Shown piece by piece: positions 45,166 to 54,805 of a DNA stretch of 64,000 nucleotides (position 1 is its first letter; every line of letters begins with the position of its first letter). Under the pieces are notes generated by a model. It saw only the letters and a list, made by a program, of their open reading frames with translations. It was not told the origin of the DNA and did no database searches. The translations under genes were made by a program, and so were the position numbers. The stretch comes from Tetramitus jugosus (taxonomy: Eukaryota > Protista > Heterolobosea), in contig OW569380.1 in NCBI GenBank assembly GCA_937625935.1, positions 1-64,000 on the forward strand. Direction: 5' to 3'.

Positions 45166-45537
45166 CTATTTCTTGATTCTCAGACCAATTTGACCCAATT
45201 GTGCACCATTTACCTTATCTTTCAATAGAATAACAGAGCCTGGGAATTGTTGAGAGAAGAATTCAATCGTCCTGTTCTTGAGAAGCAACTTGGGAGCTTC
45301 GTATAGATCGTCATAACGATCAAAAATAGAGTCCACAAAGATACGTCGTTTCTCTGGGGGCAGGAACTCTTTGTACTTTACCCCAAAGCTAATCATCAAC
45401 GACCTAAGTCTGTGGATGCTGGTGTTCTTTCTCAATGCTTCCAAAGTAATTAAAAACTCTTCTCTATGATCTTCGTCAATCTCCTCTGCATTTTTTTTGA
45501 AGATATCCAATGTGTCTCTTAACAATTTCCAATCCAT
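45166..45537 (-). CDS. Hypothetical protein family 'A', divergent copy
   Basis: Last ~43 aa identical to copies 1/2; N-terminal part diverged but alignable. Confidence 0.7.
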   Translation of the reverse strand: MDWKLLRDTLDIFKKNAEEIDEDHREEFLITLEALRKNTSIHRLRSLMISFGVKYKEFLPPEKRRIFVDSIFDRYDDLYEAPKLLLKNRTIEFFSQQFPGSVILLKDKVNGAQLGQIGLRIKK

Positions 45538-45759
45538 GATTCGTTGTTTTGATAAAAGTTTTCAGTACATGAGAAGATGGCGCCAAAAAACCGGTGATGA
45601 TAAGTCCGCCTGAAGATGAAAAATCGAACTCAACCAAAGCATCCAACGAGTTATCATTTATGTGAAGACAACAGCAACAACCATCTTGCTCTCATCACGT
45701 TCTCAGACACAAGGTTGATTACAAGTTTAATAAGAAGGAGGAACTTTTTGCTGTTGTAT

Positions 45760-46623
45760 CTATATGTCCAAGTCATCGACTAAACTTTGACTCCCGAAAT
45801 GAGAAAGCAGTGCCTTTGTTCTCATCTTTTTTGACAAGATTGTTTTTATCCGTTCCATGTCCTTGCGTTGGTCCAGTACTTGTTGAATCACGTGATCGAA
45901 CGCTCTATTGACATTTTGACCTGTTCTAGCACAACAGTACGTATAGATATCATTGAGATCATACTGATTCTCATCCCACAGTATCAAATTAGTTTTCTTC
46001 AAATAGGACTGAAACAGCGACACATGTTCTCTTCTCAAGAGTTGACCTGAAGCAGAAGAATAATTGGATTGTTCACCATACTTGTTTGCAATGATCACAT
46101 GAGGAATAGCATTCGTCGCATATCGAGACACGTCGTTACTTGCTTGCATGGACTTTACACTCTGAATTTTCTTGATCCAATTAATGTAACGTTCGCCCCA
46201 GATATTTGCAGGTGTGTAGAAATCATGAACAAACACGATTGCATCACTGCACTCTATCCATTGATCCACAATGACTGGGTCCTTTGTCTCTCCAGTGTCA
46301 ATCAATTGAATGTGAAGAGGTTTCTTTGGTGCATTCTTACTGTAAAAGGAGGAAGATGGACTTGTTGCGTTTACAGTAGAGCTCTTCTGTTCACTACTGG
46401 ATGGAGTCGTCTGATGAGGTAGGTAATTGAACATGTCAATGATGCGACTCGTTACCGGTCTATTCTCATGAGTTTCTGGTTCGAATATGCCTTGAGAAAA
46501 TCTTTGAATGAGAGCGCTTTTGCCAGCGAGTTGGGGACCCACCACGCAAATGGTGATTGTATCGCTATCTTGACAAGGTGATAGGGATGGCTGTTGGTCA
46601 AAGCTTGGGTCGTTCATTGTCAT
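45760..46623 (-). CDS. Divergent Ras-superfamily small GTPase
   Basis: ICVVGPQLAGKSALI (G1), LIDTGE (G3), ANKYG (G4), CARTGQNV (G5). Confidence 0.85.
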   Translation of the reverse strand: MTMNDPSFDQQPSLSPCQDSDTITICVVGPQLAGKSALIQRFSQGIFEPETHENRPVTSRIIDMFNYLPHQTTPSSSEQKSSTVNATSPSSSFYSKNAPKKPLHIQLIDTGETKDPVIVDQWIECSDAIVFVHDFYTPANIWGERYINWIKKIQSVKSMQASNDVSRYATNAIPHVIIANKYGEQSNYSSASGQLLRREHVSLFQSYLKKTNLILWDENQYDLNDIYTYCCARTGQNVNRAFDHVIQQVLDQRKDMERIKTILSKKMRTKALLSHFGSQSLVDDLDI

Positions 46624-47165
46624 CCTTCTGTCTGTGAGCTAGCTATCGTTTGTTTTTGTCAGTGTGGTTTTGTGTCTGCGATGATGGTTGTGTGATGGTT
46701 TAAGTGCTGAGAGCGAAACTGAATGATAACGACAGGAAGAACACAACGTTCGAATCCCTCCAGATATGAAAGGAGATGACAAAATTATGGCCCGTCATGC
46801 CGAAGAGTCATTATGTTCAAATAGGAACAACAACCCAACTAATGGAGAGACCAATTTTTGAGGATTTTGGGAACAAAAACTTGTTGTTTGGCAATTTATC
46901 CAGAAATGAAACAAATTGCGGTCAACAATTGCATTGGAAGAGTCTAAACCCTACATAAGACACTGGTGGTGAAGTCGCGAATATGGTTTATTGAAGCAGT
47001 CGGACAACTACAGCAGCTTTGAGAGAGCAATTGTTCTGGTTCAACATGATGATGACATGGTGTGTCAAAAATCTGGAGATCAACAACCATAAAAGACGGA
47101 GTTATTCGCCTCCATTACTCTTTTGAGCATCATCCACGAGAAAAAAAAACGAATCAGAAGCTGAA

Positions 47166-48698
47166 ATGTCGCACTGCAAGACTGTCCTAATTGCCACAGT
47201 TGTGCTTTTGCTCGTGTTGACCACCTTGCTTTCACTGCCTAGTCTTTCTGAAGCTAAAAAACCAAGATCCAAGTCACAATCTCACCAGCATGCTCATTCC
47301 CACCAAGATCACAAGTCCAAGAGAAGCTCGTCCTCCAATTCAGATAGCCCATGTTCTTCTTCATTGGACATTGAGGATGATCCAGAGCTCGATGCTGCCG
47401 TTGAACGCGCAAGACAAAGATTCTTAGCAACGAGACCACATCCGTTTGATCGATTGACATCGACTCTGTTGGTGCCAAAATCGTCTTCGTCATTGTCTTC
47501 GACATCGTGGTCCAGAGGATCGTTTGATCAGAATCGTTTGGCTTATCCTGCTAGTTGTGTCAAGATGACGTACATGGTGAGTGCAGTGCAGTGGTGCCTC
47601 TCTCAAAAGCTCAAATTCAACTGTTTGGATCATCATGTGAGACCAATGATCATGGTGAGCTCTAATTTGGAGACTGGTGTCGTGGTGGACTTTGTGACTG
47701 GTGCTCCCAATTTGCCTCACTTGGACACTGCCAATGCCACTTTTTATCAATGGCTTGCAAAGCGTAACTATACTCAGGAATGGATGACCAAGAGACAATT
47801 GTTGGAGAGTCAAGTTGTTTTGCACAAGACTTATCCTACGAACAGTGGTGTTTTGTTGGGCGCTGAAGGATTAGCTAGAAACATGTTTGGCGGCAATTTG
47901 ATGAACACAAAGTGTACTGCTTCCTTGTTGGCCGAGATTGTGTCTGGAAAGCTGTTCCCAGAGGCACGTGAATACTTTATGGAACTCTTGTACCATCCAT
48001 TGGACTCCTATACTTGCTATGGACGTGGATTACCACCTGGTTCAATCATTTATACCAAGACTGGTAATGCGTATGATACGGTTGAAGAGATTGCCTATGT
48101 TTTGCTACCAAACGGCAAGCAATTCATTCTATCAACATTTACCAATGGTTATGAACCATCTGAGCCAAAGTTTGATACTCTCTCTTACTATATTCAATTG
48201 ATTATCGAAGAAGCAAAGTTAGACGAGGGATTGCCACCAATGCTCGAGTTTGATGTATCTTCCAGCAACTTCTTCTCCAGTGGTGATTGGTTGAATGGAC
48301 AAGCCAAGGACATGTACGGCTCCTCGTACAAGTACAATGTGCAAAGTGGACAACAACAGGCTGGTTGGAAGTTCCAAGTTCCAGAAGAAGGTCTCTATGA
48401 GATCTCCATCTGGAATCCAGAGTCATCTACTGCATCCACCAGTGTTCCTTTCACCATTGAGCATGCATCTGGTACTGATACATACAATATGAATCAGAGA
48501 GTGAACGGAGGCAGATGGTCCAAGTTGGACGATCTCTACTTCTTTGCTGGACAGACTTACTCTGTGACATTGGATCGACGCAACTCCCTTGCCAGTAACG
48601 ATGTGCCTTCTGTTTCTGTCAATGCGCTCAAGGTTGCCAAATGGCCAAACTGTGGTGCCATTCCAGGATCTCCATGCCTCTCCAGAGCTCGATTTTAA
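47166..48698 (+). CDS. Secreted serine beta-lactamase/PBP-fold hydrolase with C-terminal carbohydrate-binding-like (golvesin/CBM-type) domain
   Basis: Signal peptide; YPASCVK (SxxK), SSN, KTG; C-terminal AGWKFQVPEEGLYEI..W, NQRVNGGRW. Confidence 0.8.
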   Translation: MSHCKTVLIATVVLLLVLTTLLSLPSLSEAKKPRSKSQSHQHAHSHQDHKSKRSSSSNSDSPCSSSLDIEDDPELDAAVERARQRFLATRPHPFDRLTSTLLVPKSSSSLSSTSWSRGSFDQNRLAYPASCVKMTYMVSAVQWCLSQKLKFNCLDHHVRPMIMVSSNLETGVVVDFVTGAPNLPHLDTANATFYQWLAKRNYTQEWMTKRQLLESQVVLHKTYPTNSGVLLGAEGLARNMFGGNLMNTKCTASLLAEIVSGKLFPEAREYFMELLYHPLDSYTCYGRGLPPGSIIYTKTGNAYDTVEEIAYVLLPNGKQFILSTFTNGYEPSEPKFDTLSYYIQLIIEEAKLDEGLPPMLEFDVSSSNFFSSGDWLNGQAKDMYGSSYKYNVQSGQQQAGWKFQVPEEGLYEISIWNPESSTASTSVPFTIEHASGTDTYNMNQRVNGGRWSKLDDLYFFAGQTYSVTLDRRNSLASNDVPSVSVNALKVAKWPNCGAIPGSPCLSRARF

Positions 48699-48967
48699 GT
48701 GTATTACCTATATTATTACAAATTGCACATTCAAACAAACAAACACATGATGATACTCAGATACATGTCCTTTTAGATATGGTGGTGTCGCTCGAACGTT
48801 CAGTTGGACGCAAGATATCCCGCACTTTCGGGAAGGAAATCCCATTTCTCTCTTCTTATTTTATCAACAACACGACAAAACTCCCTCAGCCGTGTTGTCC
48901 AACAACAACAAACACACATATATCAAAACACAACAACAATAACAACAAAACACACCTATTATTCTAT

Positions 48968-50794
48968 ATGGTCAATAAATCAGGATTGAAACAATTTTCT
49001 CCTCTCATTGTCCTCTCAATCATTGAACTATTGTTTCTCATTGTTCTTCCCATTGTTTTCATTGTGACGACTTCTATTGGAAGCACACGGGACAAGACAA
49101 GTAACAATAGTGATATTCTAGTGTCAAGGACCAATCCATTCAGTGCCATATGGTGGAGCATTGTTACTCTCTGTTCTGCATGCATTCACTTGTTTGATGT
49201 GTGGTATGATGTTCCGTTGAGGAAATTGTTGGCCAAGGGTGATTCGAAATATGCCAGAAAATACTCTGTTTGGTGGTTGGTTGTGCGTGTCATGATCTCA
49301 TTGTTGGTTGGTTTTGTAATTGCACTTCCGACGTTGATTAGCTACTGTTTTGGAAGAGGAGTGAGAGAGTGGGTCGCTGGTGTTTGGGCCGGTGGATTAC
49401 TTGGCTTGTCGTTTTTGGTGATTGTTGGCTCCATTTTCAAGTTTCGAATTTTGAGACGATCGGGTCACATGGAAGACGTGTCCTATTTGGTCGATTTGGA
49501 TGATTTGAGTGATGAGGATGCCGATGAAGATTTGCTTGCGAGTAATAGTTATTATGATGAATTGGGTGGTTGGTATGAGAATAGAGGATCATCTCAAATG
49601 GGATTGACTGCACGTGTTCACAAGAGATCCATGATACCAAAGGTGACAACGTTTAGGGTGTGCAACTGTGTGATTCAATCAATCATGTTGCTGTTGGTCT
49701 TGTTGTTGTGCATTGGTACCATGTTGGCTACAGTTCAAGCCATTTGGATGTTTATTGAGGGTCAATCTGTGCACATGCCCGGTACGATTTATCGCATTCA
49801 CAATGGCAAACAGAGAATGCACATGTTGTGCAAGGGAGCGCCCAATGCTAAAAATGGAACGAATCCGTTGCCTACGGTGATTATTGAGAGTGGATTGGGA
49901 GTGGAGAGCCCTACAGTGTATTGGAACGACATTCAAAATCAATTAGCACTTTTGTTGATACGAGTTTGTGTCTATGATAGAGCTGGAGTTGGTTGGAGTG
50001 ATGCTGGTGCTTATCCAAGAGATTCGAACAGTATTGTGAACGATTTGAAGCAATTGTTGGACAAGGCAGGAGAAAAGGGACCATTTGTCTTGGTAGGTCA
50101 TAGCTTTGGAGGATATAACGTGCGAGTGTTCACTTCCCAGTATCCTGATCAAGTTTCTGGTTTGATGCTCGTTGATTCATCGCATGAAAATCAACAAGCA
50201 ATGATGTGGAAGGCGCAAAACATATCAGAGTCTGCTGGAAAGAAGGAGCAAGCAATGCAAGACATGGGAATCAATTTCATGAGAGTTTTTGCTCCGTTTG
50301 GATTCTATCGGTATGCAATACTCTCCATGAATCGTTTCATGCTCAATCCTTACAATCAAACGTTGTCAACAACTCAACGCAAAATCAAAGAATTCTCCAT
50401 GTTTGAGAACAAGTTTGTTTCCACTCTGTGGTCAGAAGCATCCAACTTCCCTACGAAGAGTGCATCTGAAGTAAGGCAATCAAGAGCATCAGGCTATGGT
50501 GATTTGCCGCTCGTTGTTCTCACGGCTGGTTATACGATGAACGGCACTTGTGCTGATAATCATATGCCACCAAAGTCTTCCATGTGCACAAATTTTGAAA
50601 AGTTCAAAACGGAGAATGCACAAATCACAATGGAGATGCAAGCAGATATGGCTTCCCTCAGTACGAACTCTGTTTGGGATATCATTTGGAATAGCTCTCA
50701 CAATATTGCCATTGATCAACCAGGCATTCTCGTGCAGCATATTGTCAATCTTGTACAAAAGGCTGCTAACTATCGGAGTTTGGCACAAAGGTAA
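48968..50794 (+). CDS. Membrane-anchored alpha/beta hydrolase
   Basis: Several N-terminal TM helices; VCVYDRAGVGWSD, LVGHSFGG, SSHNI; ATG at 48968 taken as likely start. Confidence 0.9.
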   Translation: MVNKSGLKQFSPLIVLSIIELLFLIVLPIVFIVTTSIGSTRDKTSNNSDILVSRTNPFSAIWWSIVTLCSACIHLFDVWYDVPLRKLLAKGDSKYARKYSVWWLVVRVMISLLVGFVIALPTLISYCFGRGVREWVAGVWAGGLLGLSFLVIVGSIFKFRILRRSGHMEDVSYLVDLDDLSDEDADEDLLASNSYYDELGGWYENRGSSQMGLTARVHKRSMIPKVTTFRVCNCVIQSIMLLLVLLLCIGTMLATVQAIWMFIEGQSVHMPGTIYRIHNGKQRMHMLCKGAPNAKNGTNPLPTVIIESGLGVESPTVYWNDIQNQLALLLIRVCVYDRAGVGWSDAGAYPRDSNSIVNDLKQLLDKAGEKGPFVLVGHSFGGYNVRVFTSQYPDQVSGLMLVDSSHENQQAMMWKAQNISESAGKKEQAMQDMGINFMRVFAPFGFYRYAILSMNRFMLNPYNQTLSTTQRKIKEFSMFENKFVSTLWSEASNFPTKSASEVRQSRASGYGDLPLVVLTAGYTMNGTCADNHMPPKSSMCTNFEKFKTENAQITMEMQADMASLSTNSVWDIIWNSSHNIAIDQPGILVQHIVNLVQKAANYRSLAQR

Positions 50795-50823
50795 ACATGT
50801 ATGCGATCATAGTTGGTTGAGCT

Positions 50824-52158
50824 TTATGATGATACCGAAAGATGAGAGCGATTTTTTGAACTGGCATTCAGCGATTGTTCTGGTGCCCGACTCTGCTTCT
50901 GCAATGAAGTCTTTGCTCCTGTTGATTTTGCTGTGACTCGTTTCATTTTGTAAATTTTTCCATATTCCTCATATATCACCTGCAAGATTCCCCATATTAC
51001 CTCCTCGTCTCCTGCCAAGATCTCCTTCACACTCCACAGATAAGTTGGGTCAATATTTTTCCTCTCTCGAAGTATGGATAGCACCCGATTCACATTATTG
51101 TAGGCACCGGCCGTTCTCGCTGGTTTTCGATCAATTCCCGGTATCGTTCTTCCTTCTAACTTTTCTATAATCTCTGCAAGTTTTGTTCCATTCTTTAGAG
51201 CTTCGATACATTCTTTGGCGATGGAGTTCGTGTCATTCGATGTCAAGTTCGATGTCTCGTACAGAGTAATGCCCAAAGATTCTATCCATTTGATAACTTT
51301 CTCATGTGTTGTGATTCTTTGAAGGAAGGTCATACTACGCAAATCATTAGGTTCCACTATGTGAACTCTTCTTAATTGAGGGGAAGTTTGTGGCGGTGCT
51401 TGTGACACTATGATCTTTGCTTCTGATTTTGGTTGTTTGAGAATACTCACATTTTCTGGTTTTAGTGATATATTGTGCACACTGAAGTTGATTGTGGTTG
51501 GTGTTTTTGGCACTTGCGTACTCATGTTAGTGGATGAGTTATGACGCGTGAGAGATTGCTCGTTGTTGTTAAACCTCCCTGTCCCGACTGTTTTGTTGTT
51601 GAACAAAAGTTGCCGAGTCATCGATGTTACTACACACTCTGGTTTGATTGTATTATCGTGTTTCAAATTCACATATTGCAATGGAGGGGAGTAGGTTGGT
51701 TGTCTTTTGAACAACACTTTCATATTTGACACATGATTGGTCACTGATGAAGTCAGTGAGGCAGCAGAATTGTGCAAGGAATTGTTCAAATGCTGGTAGG
51801 ACATGAATGAAGCACCATGAGTGGAGCTATTATTCAACTCCATTTTCTTTTGTGTCGTTTTCAAATCACTCTCATTCACCAAAGTAGACGAGTAGGGATC
51901 GGATGAAATGGGATTGGGTCTGTGATCATTCGGTCGAAGACAAAATCGAAGTAGGGGAGTATGTAAAGGATGCCTCACATTCGCTGCCTCGTGTAGTTGT
52001 GATTGGTACGAGAAAAGTTCAGAATCTCGTTGTTGTTTCAGTCTACTGGCAATCAAATGAGATATGTCAGTCTTGTGAACTACCTGAGAGGTAGAAGCGA
52101 ATGAGACGACATCAGGAGTTCTGGATTGCATGGTATGCGTTGAGTTAAAATGATACAT
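50824..52158 (-). CDS. Calponin-homology (CH) domain protein
   Basis: WIESLG...LKNGTKLAEIIEKLEG...NNVNRVLSIL...EILAGDEEVIWGIL. Confidence 0.75.
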   Translation of the reverse strand: MYHFNSTHTMQSRTPDVVSFASTSQVVHKTDISHLIASRLKQQRDSELFSYQSQLHEAANVRHPLHTPLLRFCLRPNDHRPNPISSDPYSSTLVNESDLKTTQKKMELNNSSTHGASFMSYQHLNNSLHNSAASLTSSVTNHVSNMKVLFKRQPTYSPPLQYVNLKHDNTIKPECVVTSMTRQLLFNNKTVGTGRFNNNEQSLTRHNSSTNMSTQVPKTPTTINFSVHNISLKPENVSILKQPKSEAKIIVSQAPPQTSPQLRRVHIVEPNDLRSMTFLQRITTHEKVIKWIESLGITLYETSNLTSNDTNSIAKECIEALKNGTKLAEIIEKLEGRTIPGIDRKPARTAGAYNNVNRVLSILRERKNIDPTYLWSVKEILAGDEEVIWGILQVIYEEYGKIYKMKRVTAKSTGAKTSLQKQSRAPEQSLNASSKNRSHLSVSS

Positions 52159-52332
52159 GTATTCAATGAATGATGTCTTCAAAGCAGCAATGCGGGTTTT
52201 GATAATTGTAGTGGAAAACGGACGGCGTAAGAATAGCGTACTCCGACAAACCAAGGGACAATGCCTGATTCCAGAATGAGATTCACGTTAAGGTTCATAG
52301 TAAAACTCATTGATGAACATTAGTCATCTAAT

Positions 52333-52719
52333 TTATTCAGCTTCCACCAGCTCCAATTCCGTGAAAAATCTCTGTATGGTTTTCTTGACACCATCGACAT
52401 ATTCGTCGAAACTTTCAAGGTTTTCTTTAAGTTCAGAGAGGAGATTAACTGAAACAAGACGAGCTTCATCTACGGCTCTCTCCAAATTTTCTTTACCTAA
52501 TTGTTGCAGAGCTCTGCGAGCAGTTTGTTTCCTTTTTGCTAGCGATCTTGCACAAAATGCATAGCGAATTATTGGGTCGCTAGATGCACCGTAGCTGTTT
52601 CTACCATTTCCTTTCAAGAATGATTTGAATACTCGCTCTGGAGTCGGTTCCTCTCCAGTTGTCCCGAACCGGCAGAGCAGAAATGGAGGTAACTCGATAT
52701 GGAATTTGCAATCGGGCAT
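52333..52719 (-). CDS. Family 'B' small helical protein, intact copy
   Basis: 128-aa ORF with DPIIRY..RSLAKRKQTARRALQQLG..NLERAVDEA, homologous to three degraded copies upstream. Confidence 0.75.
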   Translation of the reverse strand: MPDCKFHIELPPFLLCRFGTTGEEPTPERVFKSFLKGNGRNSYGASSDPIIRYAFCARSLAKRKQTARRALQQLGKENLERAVDEARLVSVNLLSELKENLESFDEYVDGVKKTIQRFFTELELVEAE

Positions 52720-52811
52720 CGAGCAACCCGATCGTAAAATGTGATTCGAGCAGATTGGAGGTCTACGACCCTATCGGTCCTCACGAACCGTTCGTGACAT
52801 AGCGTTAACAC

Positions 52812-53258
52812 TTATAATTTTCTCATGTTCTTGTTGATGTATTCTTCGATACGAGCGTTACCATCCTTACTCATCTTTCTATCGAAGTGTATTCCTGGTC
52901 CTAACTTTTCTGTAATTAACTTCATAAACATCTTATTATCGAATTCAAGTAAGGTATAATGTCTAATCTTAAGTAAAGCATGAACATGAAGACATTTCGT
53001 CTTAGGGCCTATCTCTAAAGCTGCTACAATATCACCAGTCTTGACATCAGGAGTATCAAAAACGTGGCCTTTTTCTCGTTCACTACTTTTAACAAGTACA
53101 TATTTTTCGATCATTTCGGGACTTAACATCTCCTTGATTGTATTCCAAAATAACTCCTTGTATTCTTGATAAGATTCTTCATACCCCGAAAATCTTTTGT
53201 TAGAATTGATTGTAAGGAAGAAGTTGCTTGGTCTTATCTGTCGTTTTTTATCATTCAT
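52812..53258 (-). CDS. Stand-alone HUH endonuclease (rolling-circle Rep nuclease domain)
   Basis: Motif I FFLTIN, motif II EIGPKTKCLHVHALL, motif III EEYINK; 148 aa from ATG 53258. Confidence 0.75.
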   Translation of the reverse strand: MNDKKRQIRPSNFFLTINSNKRFSGYEESYQEYKELFWNTIKEMLSPEMIEKYVLVKSSEREKGHVFDTPDVKTGDIVAALEIGPKTKCLHVHALLKIRHYTLLEFDNKMFMKLITEKLGPGIHFDRKMSKDGNARIEEYINKNMRKL

Positions 53259-53277
53259 TTTTATCACTGTAAGAAAA

Positions 53278-53655
53278 ATGCCAATCGAATATACCATGGA
53301 ATTCAACGATAACACTAACACAGAGAAAGCTGTAGATGAACAACCGAAAGTTGAAGAAATACCAGCTAAGGTTGAAGAAATACAACCGAAAACTGTAGAA
53401 ATACAACCGAAATTTGAAGAAATACAACCAGAGATTACTGAAGAAGCTGTTAAATTAGACTTTAATGCTATTGTCAAGGAGATAGAAGCTAAGAAAGAAC
53501 CAAAGAAAGAAGAGAAACCACCAGCACCTAAGTTTGTTGGTGGAATTTTAATCAGACCTCCTAAAGATACAGATGAACAACCAAAGATGAAAACATCTGA
53601 AATGATTGGTTATGGAGTTATAGCCACTTCGTTGTTCTCCTTGCTATTTCTGTAA
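53278..53655 (+). CDS. Small acidic protein with 7-aa (V/F)EEI(Q/P)xK repeats and C-terminal TM
   Basis: 21-bp repeats at ~53350-53430; hydrophobic C-terminus. Confidence 0.75.
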   Translation: MPIEYTMEFNDNTNTEKAVDEQPKVEEIPAKVEEIQPKTVEIQPKFEEIQPEITEEAVKLDFNAIVKEIEAKKEPKKEEKPPAPKFVGGILIRPPKDTDEQPKMKTSEMIGYGVIATSLFSLLFL

Positions 53656-53679
53656 AGTATTATTCATCTGACTATTAAA

Positions 53680-54783
53680 ATGTCAGATGAATACGACGCC
53701 ATGTTATCCTTCTTAAAGTTAGGAAAGATACCAGACGACTTCAGTAAAAATCAATTGTCTCGTTTTAGGAAGAAGTTAGCCAATGTTCAAGTAGACTCAT
53801 CTGATCGTTTGGTAAGGGATGAAAAGGTTATTGTTCAACCAACAGATAAGAATAAGATTCTTCATGATCTTTATCATAATACTTCAACTGGATACTGTGG
53901 TATTCAAAAGTTATACACAAGAACGAAGGAAAATTACGATGGAATAACAAGAGAAGATGTAGCAAACTATCTCAAGAGTGATTCGATCAATCAAAGAATG
54001 ACTAAACCTCCTAAGCATAGAGTTGTTAGACCGATTATTTCAAGTAAGAAGTTAGAACGAGTTCAAATTGATTTAGTTGATATGTCTACTCTTAGTTGGC
54101 ATAACAATAGACATAATTGGATTTTAACTGCAATTGATCATTTCAGTAAGTATGCTTGGGCTTTTCCAATCAAGAAGAAAAGTAAGGAAGGAGTTAGAGC
54201 TGCATTGGATCAACTTCCTATTGGTATTTCAGTTCTTCAATCAGACAATGGATCTGAATTCAATAATAACTTGGTTAAGGAATATTGTTCAAAGCGAAAC
54301 ATTAAGCATGTCATGAGTACACCTTATACTCCTCAAACCAATGGAGCAGTTGAAAAATTCAATGGAACTCTTAAGTCTATGTTGTTCAAGTATTTGGCTG
54401 ATAAAGGAGTCAAGAGATGGATCGATCAGTTACCTAATTTGATTGAGAATTACAACACAAGTTATCATCATACGATTAGAATGAGTCCAAAGAATGCTTA
54501 CGATAATAATGTCAATGTTAAACCTTTGATTGAAAAACAAGCTAAGAAGATGGTTCAACCTGATGCTTCTAGATTGAAACGAGGTGATTTAGTTCGTATT
54601 GTTCTGATCAAGGATCGTTACGAGAAGAAATATACAGCCAATTATTCTCAGGATATTTTCAAGATTAGTTCAGTGAGTAGAAATGCAAATGCTCAATATC
54701 GATTAGACGATCTTGAAGGAAAGCCTTGGGGTAGAGTTTACTATCGAAACGAGTTATTGCATGTAACGAAAACAGATTTGTAA
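53680..54783 (+). CDS. Retroviral-type (rve) integrase, Polinton/Maverick-like
   Basis: RVQIDLVDM, ILTAIDHFSKYAW, LQSDNGSEF, PQTNGAVEKFNGTLK (intact DDE), YNTSYHHTIRMSP, GDLVRI. Confidence 0.95.
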   Translation: MSDEYDAMLSFLKLGKIPDDFSKNQLSRFRKKLANVQVDSSDRLVRDEKVIVQPTDKNKILHDLYHNTSTGYCGIQKLYTRTKENYDGITREDVANYLKSDSINQRMTKPPKHRVVRPIISSKKLERVQIDLVDMSTLSWHNNRHNWILTAIDHFSKYAWAFPIKKKSKEGVRAALDQLPIGISVLQSDNGSEFNNNLVKEYCSKRNIKHVMSTPYTPQTNGAVEKFNGTLKSMLFKYLADKGVKRWIDQLPNLIENYNTSYHHTIRMSPKNAYDNNVNVKPLIEKQAKKMVQPDASRLKRGDLVRIVLIKDRYEKKYTANYSQDIFKISSVSRNANAQYRLDDLEGKPWGRVYYRNELLHVTKTDL

Positions 54784-54805
54784 TTATTTTTCTATAGTAA
54801 AACAA

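Larger units (their letters stand above)
42409..45285. repeat. Tandem duplication, 1355-bp unit, ~2.1 apparently identical copies
   Basis: ORF ends at 42456/43811/45166 and 43294/44649 are offset by exactly 1355 bp; the 42456/43811 and 43294/44649 translations are identical. Confidence 0.95.

Noticed and set aside
48641-48967. N-terminal 109 aa of the 717-aa hydrolase ORF
   Set aside because: Overlaps the previous gene and runs through a CAA-rich leader typical of host 5' UTRs; ATG 48968 fits better.
53259-53477. N-terminal extensions of the 221-aa and 152-aa ORFs in the track
   Set aside because: Non-ATG starts; they are antisense shadows of the divergent genes beginning at 53258 and 53278.
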